From: Eledone cirrhosa
Lineage: Eukaryota
DNA length: 64,000 nt
Reading direction: 5' to 3'
Assembly (NCBI GenBank): GCA_964016885.1
Contig: OZ024741.1
Coordinates: 271,374,001-271,438,000, forward strand
Shown: piece by piece, positions 44,493 through 59,245 of the stretch
Position numbering within the stretch: position 1 is the stretch's first letter
Layout: each line of letters opens with the position of its first letter
The notes under the pieces: model-generated
Seen by the model: only the letters and a program-made list of their open reading frames with translations
What the model was told of the DNA's origin: nothing
The model's database searches: none
Position numbers and translations under genes: made by a program

Positions 44493-44582
44493 TCCTCGAC
44501 TACGTAGTTTCGTGGCATAAACAAAAACAATACATCATAAAGATATACAGCCCTTGCGAGGTCTGCCGACTTATCAAGAGGA
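44493..44582 (-). ncRNA. Degenerate minimal hammerhead
   Basis: Minus strand: tcctc-TTGATAAG-..ggca..tgcc..-GAAA-ctacgtaG-TC-gagga. Stem I tcctc/gagga, palindromic stem III, two transitions in the core. Confidence 0.55.
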
Positions 44583-45137
44583 TACCTCGTTTTCTAGCTT
44601 CAAGAACGCGTCTACATGACGTGAGAAAGAATCCCAAAAGGCGGAGGGGGAGATAGTTACGCGATATAACGGTCGAGAAACAGAGCTAAGCCTCTTATAA
44701 CCCCGAAGAAAATACCACGGAGGCGGAGGGGGTATTTATATCGAAGCCGTAGAAGAGGTGGTGAGGGAGGCGAGAAGTATGAGTAATGGCAGCTTTCCAG
44801 CAGTCACCACACTTCAAAGATTACTCGACCAGAGGGAGTTATGAACAATATATTTAGAAACACACAGATACATGCGGACACACACATATACTGGTTCAGT
44901 CTAATTCAACCGGATTGGTCTGTCCCAGTCATTCATTGAGCAACATCGGTGAGGTTGGCACCATTAACTCACGGTTGGATGTGGATGCATTCATGTATAT
45001 GTGTGTGTCCGCATGTGTGAGACATGATATGAAGGTTAAAACACACTTGTGAATAGTGCAGTTTTAAATCAACATGATATGTTGATTTAAAACTGCACTA
45101 TTCACAAGTGTCTTTTAACCTTCATATCATGTCTCCC

Positions 45138-45208
45138 TATTTTATCTGACGAAAACGCAAATGTCATCGCATGATGATATTTGTTTTTGAAATGCGCATA
45201 ATAAAATA
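45138..45208 (+). ncRNA. Minimal type I hammerhead ribozyme, intact core
   Basis: tattttat-CTGACGA-aaacgcaaatgtcatc-gcat-gatgatatttgttttt-GAAA-tgcgca-TA-ataaaata: 8-bp stem I, long stem II, palindromic stem III, AUA site. Directly preceded by a near-perfect hairpin at 45019-45135. Confidence 0.8.
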
Positions 45209-45967
45209 CATGGAACTCTTTTAACCATCTTTTGATCTTATATTATATATATATATATATATACAATAATTGTTTCTACTTTTGGCACAAGGCCAGCAAT
45301 TACCCAGTGTATTACTGGTACTTTATTTTATCGACCCCGTAAGGATGAAAGGCAAAGTTGACCTCGGCGGGATTTGAACTCAGAATGGCAAAGGCTACAA
45401 TAATTGTTTCTACTTTAGGCACAAGGCCAGCAATTCACAGTACATTACTGGTACTTTATTTTATTGACCCCGTAAGGATGAAAGGCAAAGTTAACCTCGG
45501 CGGGATTTGAACTCAGACTGTAAAGGGACGTAACTATGCTAGAAAGCATGACGTCCAACCCTCTACCGATACAGCCAATTCAAGGCTACAATAATTGTTT
45601 CTATTTTAGGCACAAGGCCAGCAATCCCCCAGTACATTACTGGTACTTTATTTTATCGACCCCGTAAGGATGAAAGGCAAAGTCAACAAATTCAAGGCTA
45701 CAATAATGAGAGGTATACAGATATATGTGCATACATACATATACATGAATATATAAACATATATTTTTCACAAGTATGTGAGATTGTATGTTGTCGACCT
45801 TAACCAGTGTTACTCTATGATTATGAGAGACAAGATAATCGAAATAATTAAATTGACACAATATCAGAGTTATCTAAAATATTATAAAATAAGAAGGAAT
45901 AATAGACACAATATACCTATTTTTTTTTAAAATAGGTATATTGTGTCTATTATTCCTTCTTATTTTA

Positions 45968-46006
<39 letters not shown>

Positions 46007-46114
46007 ATACCCTCTGCGTGTCTCGTTTCAAAGTACATCAATTGCGTGATGGTTTGTTTTGCGTTTATCGATTTAAACACTAATCTTGGTCTTAAGAAGA
46101 AAACTACAGTGGCT

Positions 46115-46174
46115 ATTATTGTTGTTGTCGTTGCTGCTGCTGCTGCTGCTGCTGCTGCTAATTGTTGGTGTTGC

Positions 46175-46205
<31 letters not shown>

Positions 46206-47325
46206 ATAACTATTGCTGCTGCTGTTGCTGCTATTGTTGTTGTTGTTATTGTTGCTGTTGTTGTTGTTATTGCTGTTGTTGTTGTTATTGCTGTTGTTGT
46301 TGTTATTGTTGCTGTTGCTGTTGATTTTGTTTTTCTGTTTTTTAATCCGGTTATCCGATAATATCATATCGGGTTTAAAGTAAACAGGAAGACAAGGAGG
46401 AGGAGTGTATGGCGGGGGGGGGGGGGGGGATCTAAAAAGTAGGGACGAATAGGGTAATTGATGGAAGAGGAGGAGGAGGAGGAGGAGGAGGAAGAGGAAG
46501 ATGAGATCATCATTACCACCACTACCACAACACCAACACCACCAACACCACCAACACTACCACCACTACCACAACACCAACACCACCAAGACCAAGACCA
46601 ACACCACCAACACTACCAACACCACCAACATCACCAACACCACCAACGACACCAACACCACCAACACTACCACCACTACCACAACACCAACACCACCAAG
46701 ACCAACACCAACACCACCAACACGACCAACACCACCAACATCACCAACACTACCAACATCACCAACACTACCAACACCACCAACATCACCAACACCACCA
46801 ACACCAACACTACCAACACTACCAACACCACCAACACCACCAACACCACCGACACTAACACTAACACCACTAACATCACCAACACCACCAACACCAACAC
46901 TACCAACACTACCAACACCACCAACACTACCAACACTACCAACACCACCAACACCACCAACACTAACACTAACACCACCAACATCATCAACACCACCAAC
47001 ATCAACACTACCAACACCACAGCCACCAAAATCATCATCACCACCAACACCAACACCACCATCACAAAAATCGTCACTACCACAACCTCCGCCACCAACA
47101 CCACCATCACAAAAAACCATCACACCACCACCAACACCATTAACACCACCAACACCACCAACACCACCAACATCAATACCACCAACACCACCAACACCAC
47201 AGCCACCAAAATCATCACCACCACTACCACAACCTCCACAACCAACACCACCATCACAACAACCATCACACCATAACCACTTCACCTGATCATCACCACT
47301 ACCACCACCACCACCTCCACCACAT
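46115..47325. repeat. Compound trinucleotide low-complexity region: (GTT/GCT)n, (GAG)n, (ACC/AAC)n
   Basis: Direct reading. Confidence 0.9.
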
Positions 47326-47545
47326 ATTTTCTTGCTCCACACATAATGACATTTTTTTAAGTAGAAACTAAATAAAACAAACATTCTTTTATGTTCGTAA
47401 TCCTTTCCTACCTATATTTACCTTCCTGTAGGTTAATTACCTGTTCTTATTTACCTGTAGGCTACCTATATACATATCCCGTTTTTACCTCTCGTTCATT
47501 GGCTGGATTTATCATTACAAGAAATCATAAGTGTTACGTGACAAC

Positions 47546-47846
47546 CAGGGCCTGATTTAACGGGTTGCAACAAGTGGCTCCACCAGCGACGGCCCTGCCA
47601 ATTTATTTGTGCCCTCAGCTGGGCTTTTTAGTTTTAGGATGGTTAGCATTTTTTTAATTTAATACCTATAATGTATAGTTTTTGAATTCCAATAATGTTG
47701 CGCCAAGCTAACTTTGATATGTAAAATTGGGTGGAGGTGCGGTGGGTGTTTTGTGTATTCTATTTTTTTGTGTATGAGGGCGCCCCCTCCCCCCCCCCCC
47801 CAACCTGAAATGCTCCGGGTTCCGCTAAGGTCTACATCTAACCCTG
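47546..47846. mobile_element. hAT-type MITE with perfect 8-bp target-site duplication
   Basis: gtgacaac|CAGGG...CCCTG|gtgacaac (TSD at 47538-47545 and 47847-47854). Confidence 0.85.
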
Positions 47847-48175
47847 GTGACAACCATTCGTGTTAACTCTGACAAGGAAATCGTAATTTGATATCTTCCT
47901 CCCCCTATATACATTCTCTCTCATTCTCACTCTCTCTCTCACTCTCTCCCCCCTCTCTGTCTCAGACATATGTCTGCCGGCTGCACGAACAGAAGGACGT
48001 GTTTTGTCTGCCTGCGGCATATCACAAAATCGAATTTTATCTGAAGATACCGTTCTCATAACAACAACAAATGCATGAATTTCATCTTGGATTGCATGGG
48101 AGAACCGTTGAAATAATTATTATGAATAAATGATTTGTATAACATCGGCATCTGTCTTAATGTTATACTTATATA

Positions 48176-48218
<43 letters not shown>

Positions 48219-48220
<2 letters not shown>

Positions 48221-48484
48221 GATATTAACAAATGGAAACTATATTTATAAAACTATATTTATTTCATTATACATATTTCAAGGACACCAAGTTAAATTAT
48301 GGTGTGCTTTCATCAGATAAAATATAATATAGAGCAGTTTTATAAATAAATATTGACATACCCTTAAAGAATGCAACCATTATTGTTGGAAGCTCCCGGA
48401 TAGTGCAGTTATATCTTTAATTATACTATTAGGTAAGTTAGTATTGGATATTTTTAAATAAGCCGTTGGGTTACGGAGAAAGAG

Positions 48485-48516
<32 letters not shown>

Positions 48517-48965
48517 CAGAACAACAGAGAGGAAAAAAGAGAGAGAGAGAGAGAGGAGAAAGAGAAAGGAGAGAGAGCGAAAACTCTAAGTCATATCTTG
48601 TTGAATTATCTTAACATTTGAGATGAAATGAATAAATAAAATTAGAAATGTTAATAATCATGAATGGAAGATACATATATAATATGAGAAATTTAACTAT
48701 TGTTTAAATACGATTAAATGTTTAGTTAATCAGTTAAAATATTGAGATCAATAGAGCTTCCAACAGTAATGGTTGCATTCTTTAAGGGTATGTCAATATT
48801 TATTTATAAAACTGCTCTATATTATATTTTATCTGATGAAAGCACACCATAATTTAACTTGGTGTCCTTGAAATATGTATAATGAAATAAATATGGTTTT
48901 ATAAATATAGTTTCCATTTGTTAATATCGTATTTTTACTCCAATTATTTGTTGAGTGCTTTATAT
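48219..48965. mobile_element. Fold-back element with an intact hammerhead in each arm
   Basis: Arms ~48219-48395 / 48755-48931. ttttat-CTGATGA-aagcacacca..tggtgtcctt-GAAA-tatgta-TA-atgaaa at 48827-48887(+), mirror at ~48261-48321(-). Confidence 0.82.
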
Positions 48966-49012
48966 CAGTTATAAAAATATTTGCTTGTTGTATCCCAACA
49001 ATTTAAAAAGAA

Positions 49013-49130
<118 letters not shown>

Positions 49131-49353
49131 CATCTATATATATATATAGGAAAAGAGTCAGAACCCGGACTGCAGAGCTCAAGCCGTTTCGACAGCTATT
49201 TCTGGACTGAAATAGCTGTCGAAACGGCTTGAGCTCAGCCGTCGGGGTCCCACTCGTTCCTATTACCCACTCTACTACCCAAAGTATCGAGTACTCTGGT
49301 GCGTTATGGTCCACCTGTTTCCTTACCACACTTCCTTCGTTATATATATACGA

Positions 49354-49406
<53 letters not shown>

Positions 49407-49648
49407 TAAGTATTAATTTATACACTGCTCAGGGGATATTTTTTCCTCATTCGAGCTGATTCCATTGTAAAAGAATTCATTACCTTATTAATTTTAACTG
49501 CTCCTAGTTTGAGCTGCAAACCGTCCCATATATACGACTGTTATTTCTAGCAGTACGGTTATGAGACTAGTTAGCTACTGTAAAGCCATGTGCGCCACAC
49601 AGTCTTTTAAATTATTTAGAAGTGAAGCATATCAATTTGTCTCTGGAT

Positions 49649-49724
49649 GTTTACTGAGGAGAGCGGGACATGATATTCCTACACTTTTTTAACTCGAAAC
49701 ATATTTGGATCTTAAAGTCTAAAC
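49649..49724 (+). ncRNA. Putative type I hammerhead ribozyme
   Basis: gttta-CTGAGGA-gag...ctc-GAAA-c...GTC-taaac; stem I gttta/taaac. Confidence 0.65.
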
Positions 49725-50168
49725 TTATCTACGGAACAGGTTTGATTTTGAAATTTAAATGTGTCTAAACATCACGGCCTTTTGGCAATACAGTTCGCCT
49801 CCGTTGATTTATTATTTTAAATCGATATGGACAAACTGTAGTATAATAATTAGTATAATAATTAGTATACAATCTGGCTAAATTTTTCTTTTGCAATATA
49901 TATACAGATGTGTTGGTATCTGTGTTTCATCACTTACATATTAATTTAATTTATATATATATATATATATATATATAACGAAGGAAATGTGGTAAGGAAC
50001 CAGGTGGACCATAACGCACCAAAGTACTCAATACTTAGGGTAGTAGAGTGGGTAATAGGAACGAGTGGGACCCCGACGGCTGAGCTCAAGCCGTTTCGAC
50101 GGCTAATTCTGGAGTCCAGAATTAGCCGTCGAAACGGCTTGAGCTCAGCCGTCGGGGTCCCACTCGTT

Positions 50169-50795
<627 letters not shown>

Positions 50796-50918
50796 ATAAT
50801 GCCAGCACCAACAGTTTGCAAGAGATGTCAACATGAATGGACCTGTTATTTTTATCTAAAGACATTTTTTCAAATTCCATCCCGCCCGTCCCCTCAATCT
50901 ATTTTATTTCTCGTTCTT

Positions 50919-50954
50919 TCTTCTGATGAAGGACTAGCGTCCGAAACGTTAAGA
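50919..50954 (+). ncRNA. Minimal PLE-type hammerhead (dimer-dependent stem III)
   Basis: tctt-CTGATGA-a-ggac-tagc-gtcc-GAAA-c-GTT-aaga. Mutated minus-strand relative at ~54026-54061. Confidence 0.78.
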
Positions 50955-51053
50955 CCCTCTTCCTGCTATATCAAGCGTTAACTAATATATACCTTCCATA
51001 TACTGTACCGATTGTGTTGTTATTTCTGTTTACCTTTTACACACACACACACT

Positions 51054-51141
<88 letters not shown>

Positions 51142-51250
51142 TATTCATTTGGAGCATACACAAAGGAGTAATTTCCATACAACATCCCAGTCAGAGTCCT
51201 AAAGCAATGAAAATGTAATTATTGCATCGACGAATTAACATATGAAAAGC

Positions 51251-51306
<56 letters not shown>

Positions 51307-51433
51307 TATATACATATATATATACACACACACATGTGGCAGTCCATGTGCGTATGCATATGTAGATGTATATATGTCTGCATGTATATATGTATGTATA
51401 TGTGTGGGTGTGCGTATGCATGTAGGTTTTTTG

Positions 51434-51466
<33 letters not shown>

Positions 51467-51550
51467 ATGTCTGTATGTAATTTTGTGTACGTACGTGTAT
51501 TTTGTATGTATGTGTGTGCATGTGTGTATATATATGTGTATGTATGTATG

Positions 51551-51581
<31 letters not shown>

Positions 51582-52387
51582 ATATGTATGTATTTGTATT
51601 ATGTGTGTGTATGAGTGTGTGTATATATATAAATGTATATAAGGTTGTGCGTATGTAAGTGTGCGCGCGTATGTGTGTGTGTGTTTGTTTGCGTAGGCCA
51701 TGCTTGTCCGACCGGATGTATGGCGCGACTTAAGCAGCCGTTATAAGGCTTGTGGCGGTCTGTATCTAGAAGTGGGTGTGACTGGGTCCGTGGAAGTGAG
51801 GGAGAGCGTGTGTGTGTATATATACATATATGTATGTGGGGTGTGTGTGTCTAAGCATGTATGCGTACGTGTGTGTATGCACGAATGTGTCTGTGTGTGT
51901 ATATGTGTGTGTATATTCGTATGTGTGGGTGCTTACTCTGGAGTGTGAATAGACGTGTTAGATACTGAACCCAGCATGACTCCTTTGAAGTGTGTCGGAC
52001 GGAAAATGGCTGATAACCCGTGTAGCAGTAAATACTGACCAGAACTTATGATGACGTGGAGTAAAAACAGCCAATGGCATGACAAGAGTGGAAGAGGGTT
52101 TTTGAGGGTGTTTTTTTTTATGATAACACCCCAGAGATAAAATTTGCTCCGAACGTGTCTGTATGAACCTGCAGACGTAGAATCAGCCAGATCCATACAG
52201 GGACCATGTCTCGAGCTACCTGCCGGCGAAACAATTGTAACACGCAATAAATTAAGTCCAGATGCATCACTGATTTTTCGTTTTCTTTATATTATCTACA
52301 CTCTACTCTGCTGAATATCGAGTGCTAATTTTGGCATACCGCCTATGGAAGCACCATAGCTACCATTATACACAACTATATATATAT

Positions 52388-52499
<112 letters not shown>

Positions 52500-52645
52500 G
52501 TATATATATATGTATATATATATGTATGTATATATATATCGGCCTGCCCGCCCAGCCTGTGCGATGGCGTTATCTTATGGCTAAAACAGCACGGCGTGCT
52601 GTGACCAGCGGCGCCGATTGGTGCCCGACAGACTGGTCGGTCAAG

Positions 52646-52697
<52 letters not shown>

Positions 52698-52889
52698 CAA
52701 AGTAAAAAACAAAAACAATAACAAGAAGTGCAGTTACCAACAGTGTTGGTATTAGATTAACGCTTATATATATATACATTCGGTGGATATCTGTTGTTCT
52801 TGATAAATTACCCTAATCACCCATTGTATATTTTCATTGCTGTTTATTTATTTAATCATTTATTTAATCATGTTTGTATTTGTTGACAG

Positions 52890-52967
52890 GGAATAGTACT
52901 GGTGTACGATGTGACCAACCCTTCAACCTTCACACATCTTTCATATTGGATGAACAGCATAAACAAC
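52890..52967 (+). CDS. Rab GTPase exon 4 (78 bp)
   Basis: ttgttgacag|GGA ATA GTA..AAC AAC|gtaagt; GIVLVYDVTNPSTFTHLSYWMNSINN; phase 0/0. Confidence 0.92.
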
Positions 52968-53498
52968 GTAAGTTTATATACATGTGGCACCGCCTATGTT
53001 GCTACATTTTCTATAGCTGACCTTCTTTCGTTGAACATTACTACATGAGGGAGTTAGTTGCACTGTCGTCCTCATTTCTACGTCTTGACGTACTCTGGGT
53101 ACATCTAGGGTCTTATATAGCAGAATATACGGATGTGTCTTCAGAACTTCTACATCTATCCCATGTAAATCTCTCCCATTTTTTTGTTGTTGTTGTTTTG
53201 TTTTTGGTGGTGGTTGGGGGAGGGACATCATATTAAAGAGTTAGGGGCCGTTGAACTCCAAGCCATTGCAGAATTTGATCCTTACTCTAGATGTAGAGAA
53301 TATACTCGTCCCAATAGAGAAATCACCATGATAGTAGTTGATTACTATAAACAATAGTTAAGTAAGATATGTCTAGAGACAGAAAATCTTAACCGATTTT
53401 TCTCAATTGTTATTTCTAGTGGTCAACTATTATTAAGGTCATTTCTGCTTTGGGACGACTATATTTTAATATTCCAATCCTCCTTAAGTCAACAGTTG

Positions 53499-53621
<123 letters not shown>

Positions 53622-53756
53622 GGAGTGAAAGCAACTGGTGCGTGTGTTTCTTATTGGCAACATGACCCTCCCAAAGCATAACAATAACGGTTTCAACACA
53701 CGTTTTCAGATAAAGAATCTTGCTAAACAAATTCAGAAACGAAATATATATATATA

Positions 53757-53799
<43 letters not shown>

Positions 53800-53868
53800 A
53801 AATCGTGACCCTTTGGTATGGATCAAAGAGTGCTTCACTACAAAGGTAGGAGCCAAAGATCAGAATGG

Positions 53869-53932
<64 letters not shown>

Positions 53933-54276
53933 CTGTGTGCAAAAGTTTAACAGGAATAACAACACAAACGATACAGTAGATGGAAGGAATATATTAGTTT
54001 AATGCTTGAAATAGCCGGAAGAAGGTCTTAACGTTTCAGACGCTAGTCCTTCATTAGAAGAAAGAATTGAGAAATTTGAAAAATTAAAGGGACGGACAGG
54101 GCGAAATCAGAAAAATGTTTTTAGAAGGTTCAGTAAATCTATAGATTATACTAAAACTCCGGGTGATACCTTACAGAGAAAATCCAAAGGAATACAAATC
54201 GTAGAGTGTTACACGGCTGTTTACGAAAAAGTCGGCAAATTGTTGACCAATTAACTTTCATTAACTGAATATATAT

Positions 54277-54310
<34 letters not shown>

Positions 54311-54332
<22 letters not shown>

Positions 54333-56050
54333 CGTTTCTGAATTTGTTTAGCAAGATTCTTTATCTGAAAACGTGTCTTGAAACCGATATTGTTATGCTT
54401 GGGGGGGGGGGGGGTCATGTTGCCAATAAGAAACACACGCACCAGTTACTTTCACTCCAATTTATTATAAATTAAATTTATAAATTTAAGAATTTATAAA
54501 TTTCCGCTTGGTTGGTTGGTTCCACAACCAGATGATTGTTTATATATTGTCAAAGTTCTTTCGTCACACATTCTGTGACCTCTTCAGTGACTGGGGATTC
54601 TTTTCTTTGTTTTTGTGCCTCTCCTTTGTTCTGTCCTACGCCATCGTGTTTTTTTAGAAAAAAGAAAACAAGAAAAAAAAACAAGATGGCGTAGGACAGA
54701 ACAAAGGAGAGGCACAAAACAAAGAAAAGAATCCCCAGTCACTGAAGAGGTCATAGAATGTGCGACGAAAGAACTTTGACAATATATGAACAACCGTCCG
54801 GTTATGGAACCAACCAACCAAGCGGAAATTTATAAATTCTTAAATTTATAAATTTAATTTATAATAAACTAGCAGTAAAGCCCGGCGTTGCTCGGGGTCG
54901 CTCAGTAGCTGTGTTAAAGTTACAATGTTAAGTTTCTTTTTTGGCTTAAAAACTGTAGTGTCTACTGTGCAGACTTGCATGTGGTGTTTTTGATTAATAT
55001 TCCCTCAACCAACAATATGCCTTATGAAGTTAAGAAAACATAACGATAACCCGAATGTTATAACAAAAGAGGATGCTGGGGATAAAAACTGCACTGGTTA
55101 TTTATTAACAAAGATCGAAAATGTAAACACTGCAACGCAGAGAAAAACATTAGCGTAACCAAATTATCAGTTATGTCTGTCTGCACGCCTATATCACCTC
55201 TCTGCACGACTGTCTGTCTGCACGCCTATATCACCTCTCTGCAAGACTGTCTGTCTGCACGCCTATATCACCTCTCTGCACGACTGTCTGTCTGCACGCC
55301 TATATCACCTCTCTGCACGACTATCTGTCTGCACGCGTATATCACCTCTCTGCACGACTGTCTGTCTGCACGACTGTCTGTCTGCACGCCTAACGAAATT
55401 TACAGATACATATATTTTAAATAAACTTATATAATGTTTGCTTTTTTTTACGAAATATTTGCTTGTTTTACGTAGTCTTTAAATAGACTTGTCTTCAAGT
55501 AAAAATATTGTTTTAAAATGCTTTTAAATGGAAATGAAGCTTGTTTTACGTAGTCTTTAAATAGACTTGTTTTCAAGTAAAAATATTGTTTTAAAATGCT
55601 TTTAAATGGAAATGAAGCAAAACGGAAGCTTAGTGTTCGAACTGATGAATTTTGCAGGTCAATATTTTGCTGGCTCGACAACTGTTCGTGTATTGTGTTA
55701 ATGTCATTTTAAACGCTGAGAAAGCCAGCGTAATTTTTTACGTAAGACGCTCAATGTAAACAGAACAAAGGGAAATAACTGATAACTTACGCTCAAAAAT
55801 CGATACATTATATTCGATTTCGTCACATAGGGTGGGTCAATTTGAAATTTTTTTTTCCGATGTCTTCGCTAGGGCTCAATGTACAAGTATAGCAATTTCA
55901 GTGCAATTCCGTGAGAGATTCTAAGAGGAGATGTGTGCCAAAAATCGATAGACAGACAGACAACCACAGTTTTATATATATAGAGTGGAGTGAAAGCAAC
56001 TGGTGCGTGTGTTTCTTATTGGCAACATGACCCTCCCAAAGCATAACAAT
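54311..56050. mobile_element. Fold-back hammerhead element (34280 family) interrupted by a Helitron
   Basis: Hammerheads at 54549-54591(-) and 54738-54780(+). The right arm stops at 54868 and resumes at 55985. Confidence 0.8.
54869..55984 (-). mobile_element. Non-autonomous Helitron (~1.1 kb)
   Basis: Minus strand starts TCTATATATATAAAA with (GTCT)n and ends cccg-agcaacg-ccggg hairpin plus CTAG|t; no TSD. Internal 38-bp tandem repeat at 55175-55390 and a ~79-bp duplication at 55461-55618. Confidence 0.82.
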
Positions 56051-56314
56051 ATATATATACATGGGATAACAAGTTATCGTTTTAGGTAATCCAGTTAGAG
56101 GTTGTGAGTACTCTGTATTGTGGATAGTTTTAACGTACAGCGTTGTTTGACTCAACAAGAGGTTTCTTTAGTTAGGTGGCGAGTTTGCGAGAATTCCCAT
56201 GCAGGTTATTCTTGGAGTAATAATAGTGAAGGAGTGAAGAATAACATGGTAGGCTGTATAACAAGGGTTTAATTTACAGTATTAACAATTGTTTCATTGA
56301 TATTACATTAACAT

Positions 56315-56750
56315 ATGCGCGATGCAGCATGGTAGTGAGACATGGGCAGCAACTGCGAAGGATATGCGACGGCTGGAGAGAAATGAAGCAAGCATGCTCC
56401 GTTGGATGTGCAATATCAATGTGCGTGAACGACCAAGCATGGATGAGTTGAGAGAGAAACTGTGTATAAGAGGGATAAGTTGTAGTGTGCGGGAGAGAAG
56501 ACTGCATTGGTATGGACATGTGATGCGCATGTAGGATAACTGCTGGGTAAAGAAGTGCCAACAAATCCCAGTAGAAAAAAGACGCAGTAGAGGAAGACAA
56601 CGAAAAACATGGGCGGAGGTGGTGAGAGCTGATCTCAGATCGCTGAAGCTCACGGAGGACTGTGACAAGTGGAGAGATGCTGTACTTAATAGGACCCGCC
56701 CCACCCTTGCAAGCAGGGAAAAGCGGACGTAAAATGATGACGATGATGAT
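56315..56750 (+). mobile_element. RTE LINE 3' fragment
   Basis: HGSETWAAT.KDMRRLERNEASMLRWMC..RRLHWYGHVMRM; ggacgtaaaatgatgacgatgat tail. Confidence 0.8.
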
Positions 56751-57438
56751 ATGGTGTCATTAAAGTACAGTTGTTTCTCAGATACTTCGGCTTAATTTTG
56801 ACGTTATTTACACACACACAGACACAGACACAGACACACACACACACACACACACAAAACAAATAGAAGATAGACCCTGGCATAGCAGTTAAATTTCTAA
56901 TGTTTGTCTTTGTTTTCCTTTAAAACACCGAAGATTGCACGCAAGGTAAGTCATCAGTTTTGTTCCATGCAGTGTTGAGTAAAATTGATGTGTTACAAAC
57001 GTTTCGGCTTTATGTTACTTCATATTCATACGCCATATTGTGAACTATTTGTAGAAATCATTTATGATGTGAGAACTATTTTAGTTACATGCATCTAGAT
57101 TAAAACTTGGAATCCTGTCTAGTCTAAAGAAAGCAATATATAGATTGTTGTTGCTTTCTTTCCTTCTATAAAATTACAGAGTGTGATTTGAAAGAGAGAT
57201 TTTTGCTGTTATTTCTAGCAAGTCGAGTGACCACATAAAGGCTCCCCCATTGGTTTGTCCAATGTACTGTTGATATTGCAAATCTCAGGGGATGGGAGGA
57301 AATGGTGTTTAGTTACATCACTTTTCATTCCGAGTTGAAATCTCGCCAGTATTAAGTTTCTCTCTCGTTCTCCCTGGGTCGACAAATTAGTACCTGGCAA
57401 GTCTTTGTATTCCTCGCTGTCTAATATTAAAAACCGTT

Positions 57439-59245
57439 ACAGATGTTGTGGGATGTGAGATAGCAACGACGATGTGTAGCTCACCTTTACAGATGTTGTG
57501 GGATGTGAGATAGCAACGACGATGTGTAGCTCACCTTTACAGATGTTGTGGGATGTGAGATAGCAACGCCGATGTGTAGCTCACCTTTACAGATGTTGTG
57601 GGATGTGAGATAGCAACGCCGATGTGTAGCTCACCTTTACAGATGTTGTGGGATGTGAGATAGCAACGCCGTTGTGTAGCTCACCTTTACAGATGGTGTG
57701 GGATGTGAGATAGCAACGACGATGTGTAGCTCACATTTACAGATGTTGTGGGATGTGAGATATCAACGCCGATGTGTAGCTCACCGTTACAGACCTTGTG
57801 GGATGTGAGATAGCAACGACGGTGTGTAGCTTACCATTACAGACCTTGTGGGATGTGAGATAGCAACGACGGTGTGTAGCTTACCATTATAGCTGTTGTG
57901 GAATGAGAGAGAGCAACAGTGGGATGTAGCTTACCAATAGAGATGTTGTGAGATGGGAAATAGCAACAGTGGTGTGTAGCTCACCATTACAGATGTTGTG
58001 GGATGGGAAATAGCAACATTACTGTGTAATTCCCAGTTATAGATACTAAGGGATGTGAGATTGCAACGACGGTGTCTAGCTCACAGTTATAGATGTTAAA
58101 GGGTGTAAAATAACAACAACGGTCTTCTATCCCTTTATAGATAGCAACAGTGGTGTCTAGCTCACAGCTATATAGCAACAACAGCCTTCTAGCCCTTTAT
58201 AGATAGCAACAGTGGTGTCTAGCTCACATTTATATAGCAACAACGGTCTTCTAGCCCTTTATAGATAGCAACAGTGGTGTCTAGATCACAGTTATATAGC
58301 AACAACGACCTTCTAGCCCTTTATAGATAGCAACAGTGGTGTCTAGCTCACAGTTATATAGCAACAACGGTCTTCTAGCCCTTTATAGATAGCAACAGTG
58401 GTGTCTAGATCACAGTTATATAGCAACAACGACCTTCTAGCCCTTTATAGATAGCAACAGTGGTGTCTAGCTCACAGTTAAATAGCAACAACGACCTTCT
58501 AGCCCTTTATAGATAGCAACAGTGGTGTCTAGATCACAGTTATATAGCAACAACGGCCTTCTAGCCCTTTATAGATAGCAACAGTGGTGTCTAGCTAACA
58601 GTTAAATAGCAACAACGGCCTTCTAGCCCTTTATAGATAACAACAGTGGTGTCTAGCTCACAGTTATATAGCAACAACGGCCTTCTAGCCCTTTATAGAT
58701 AGCAACAGTGGTGTCTAGCTCACAGTTATATAGCAACAACGGTCTTCTAGCCCTTTATAGATAGCAACAGTGGTGTCTAGCTAACAGTTAAATAGCAACA
58801 ACGGCCTTCTAGCCCTTTATAGATAACAACAGTGGTGTCTAGCTCACAGTTATATAGCAACAACGGCCTTCTAGCTCTTTATAGATAGCAACAGTGGTGT
58901 CTAGCTCACAGTTATATAGCAACAACGGGCTTCTAGCCCTTTATAGATAGCAACAGTGGTGTCTAGCTCACAGTTATATAGCAACAACGGGCTTCTAGCC
59001 CTTTATAGATAGCAACAGTGGTGTCTAACTCACAGTTATATAACAACAACGGCCTTCTAGCTCTTTATAGATAGCAACAGTGGTGTCTAGCTCACAGTTA
59101 TATAGCAACAACGGCCTTCTAGCTCTTTATAGATAGCAACAGTGGTGTCTAGCTCACAGTTATATAGCAACAACGGGCTTCTAGCCCTTTATAGATAGCA
59201 ACAGTGGTGTCTAACTCACAGTTATATAGCAACAACGGTCTTCTA
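57439..59245. repeat. Compound minisatellite: 50-bp units grading into 62-bp units
   Basis: 50-mer acagatgttgtgggatgtgagatagcaacgacgatgtgtagctcaccttt to ~58130; then 62-mer agatagcaacagtggtgtctagctcacagttatatagcaacaacggtcttctagccctttat (~18 copies). Confidence 0.92.

Noticed and set aside
46458-47384. Mucin- or extensin-like Thr/Asn/Pro ORFs
   Set aside because: Trinucleotide expansions open in multiple frames inside an intron of the Rab gene.
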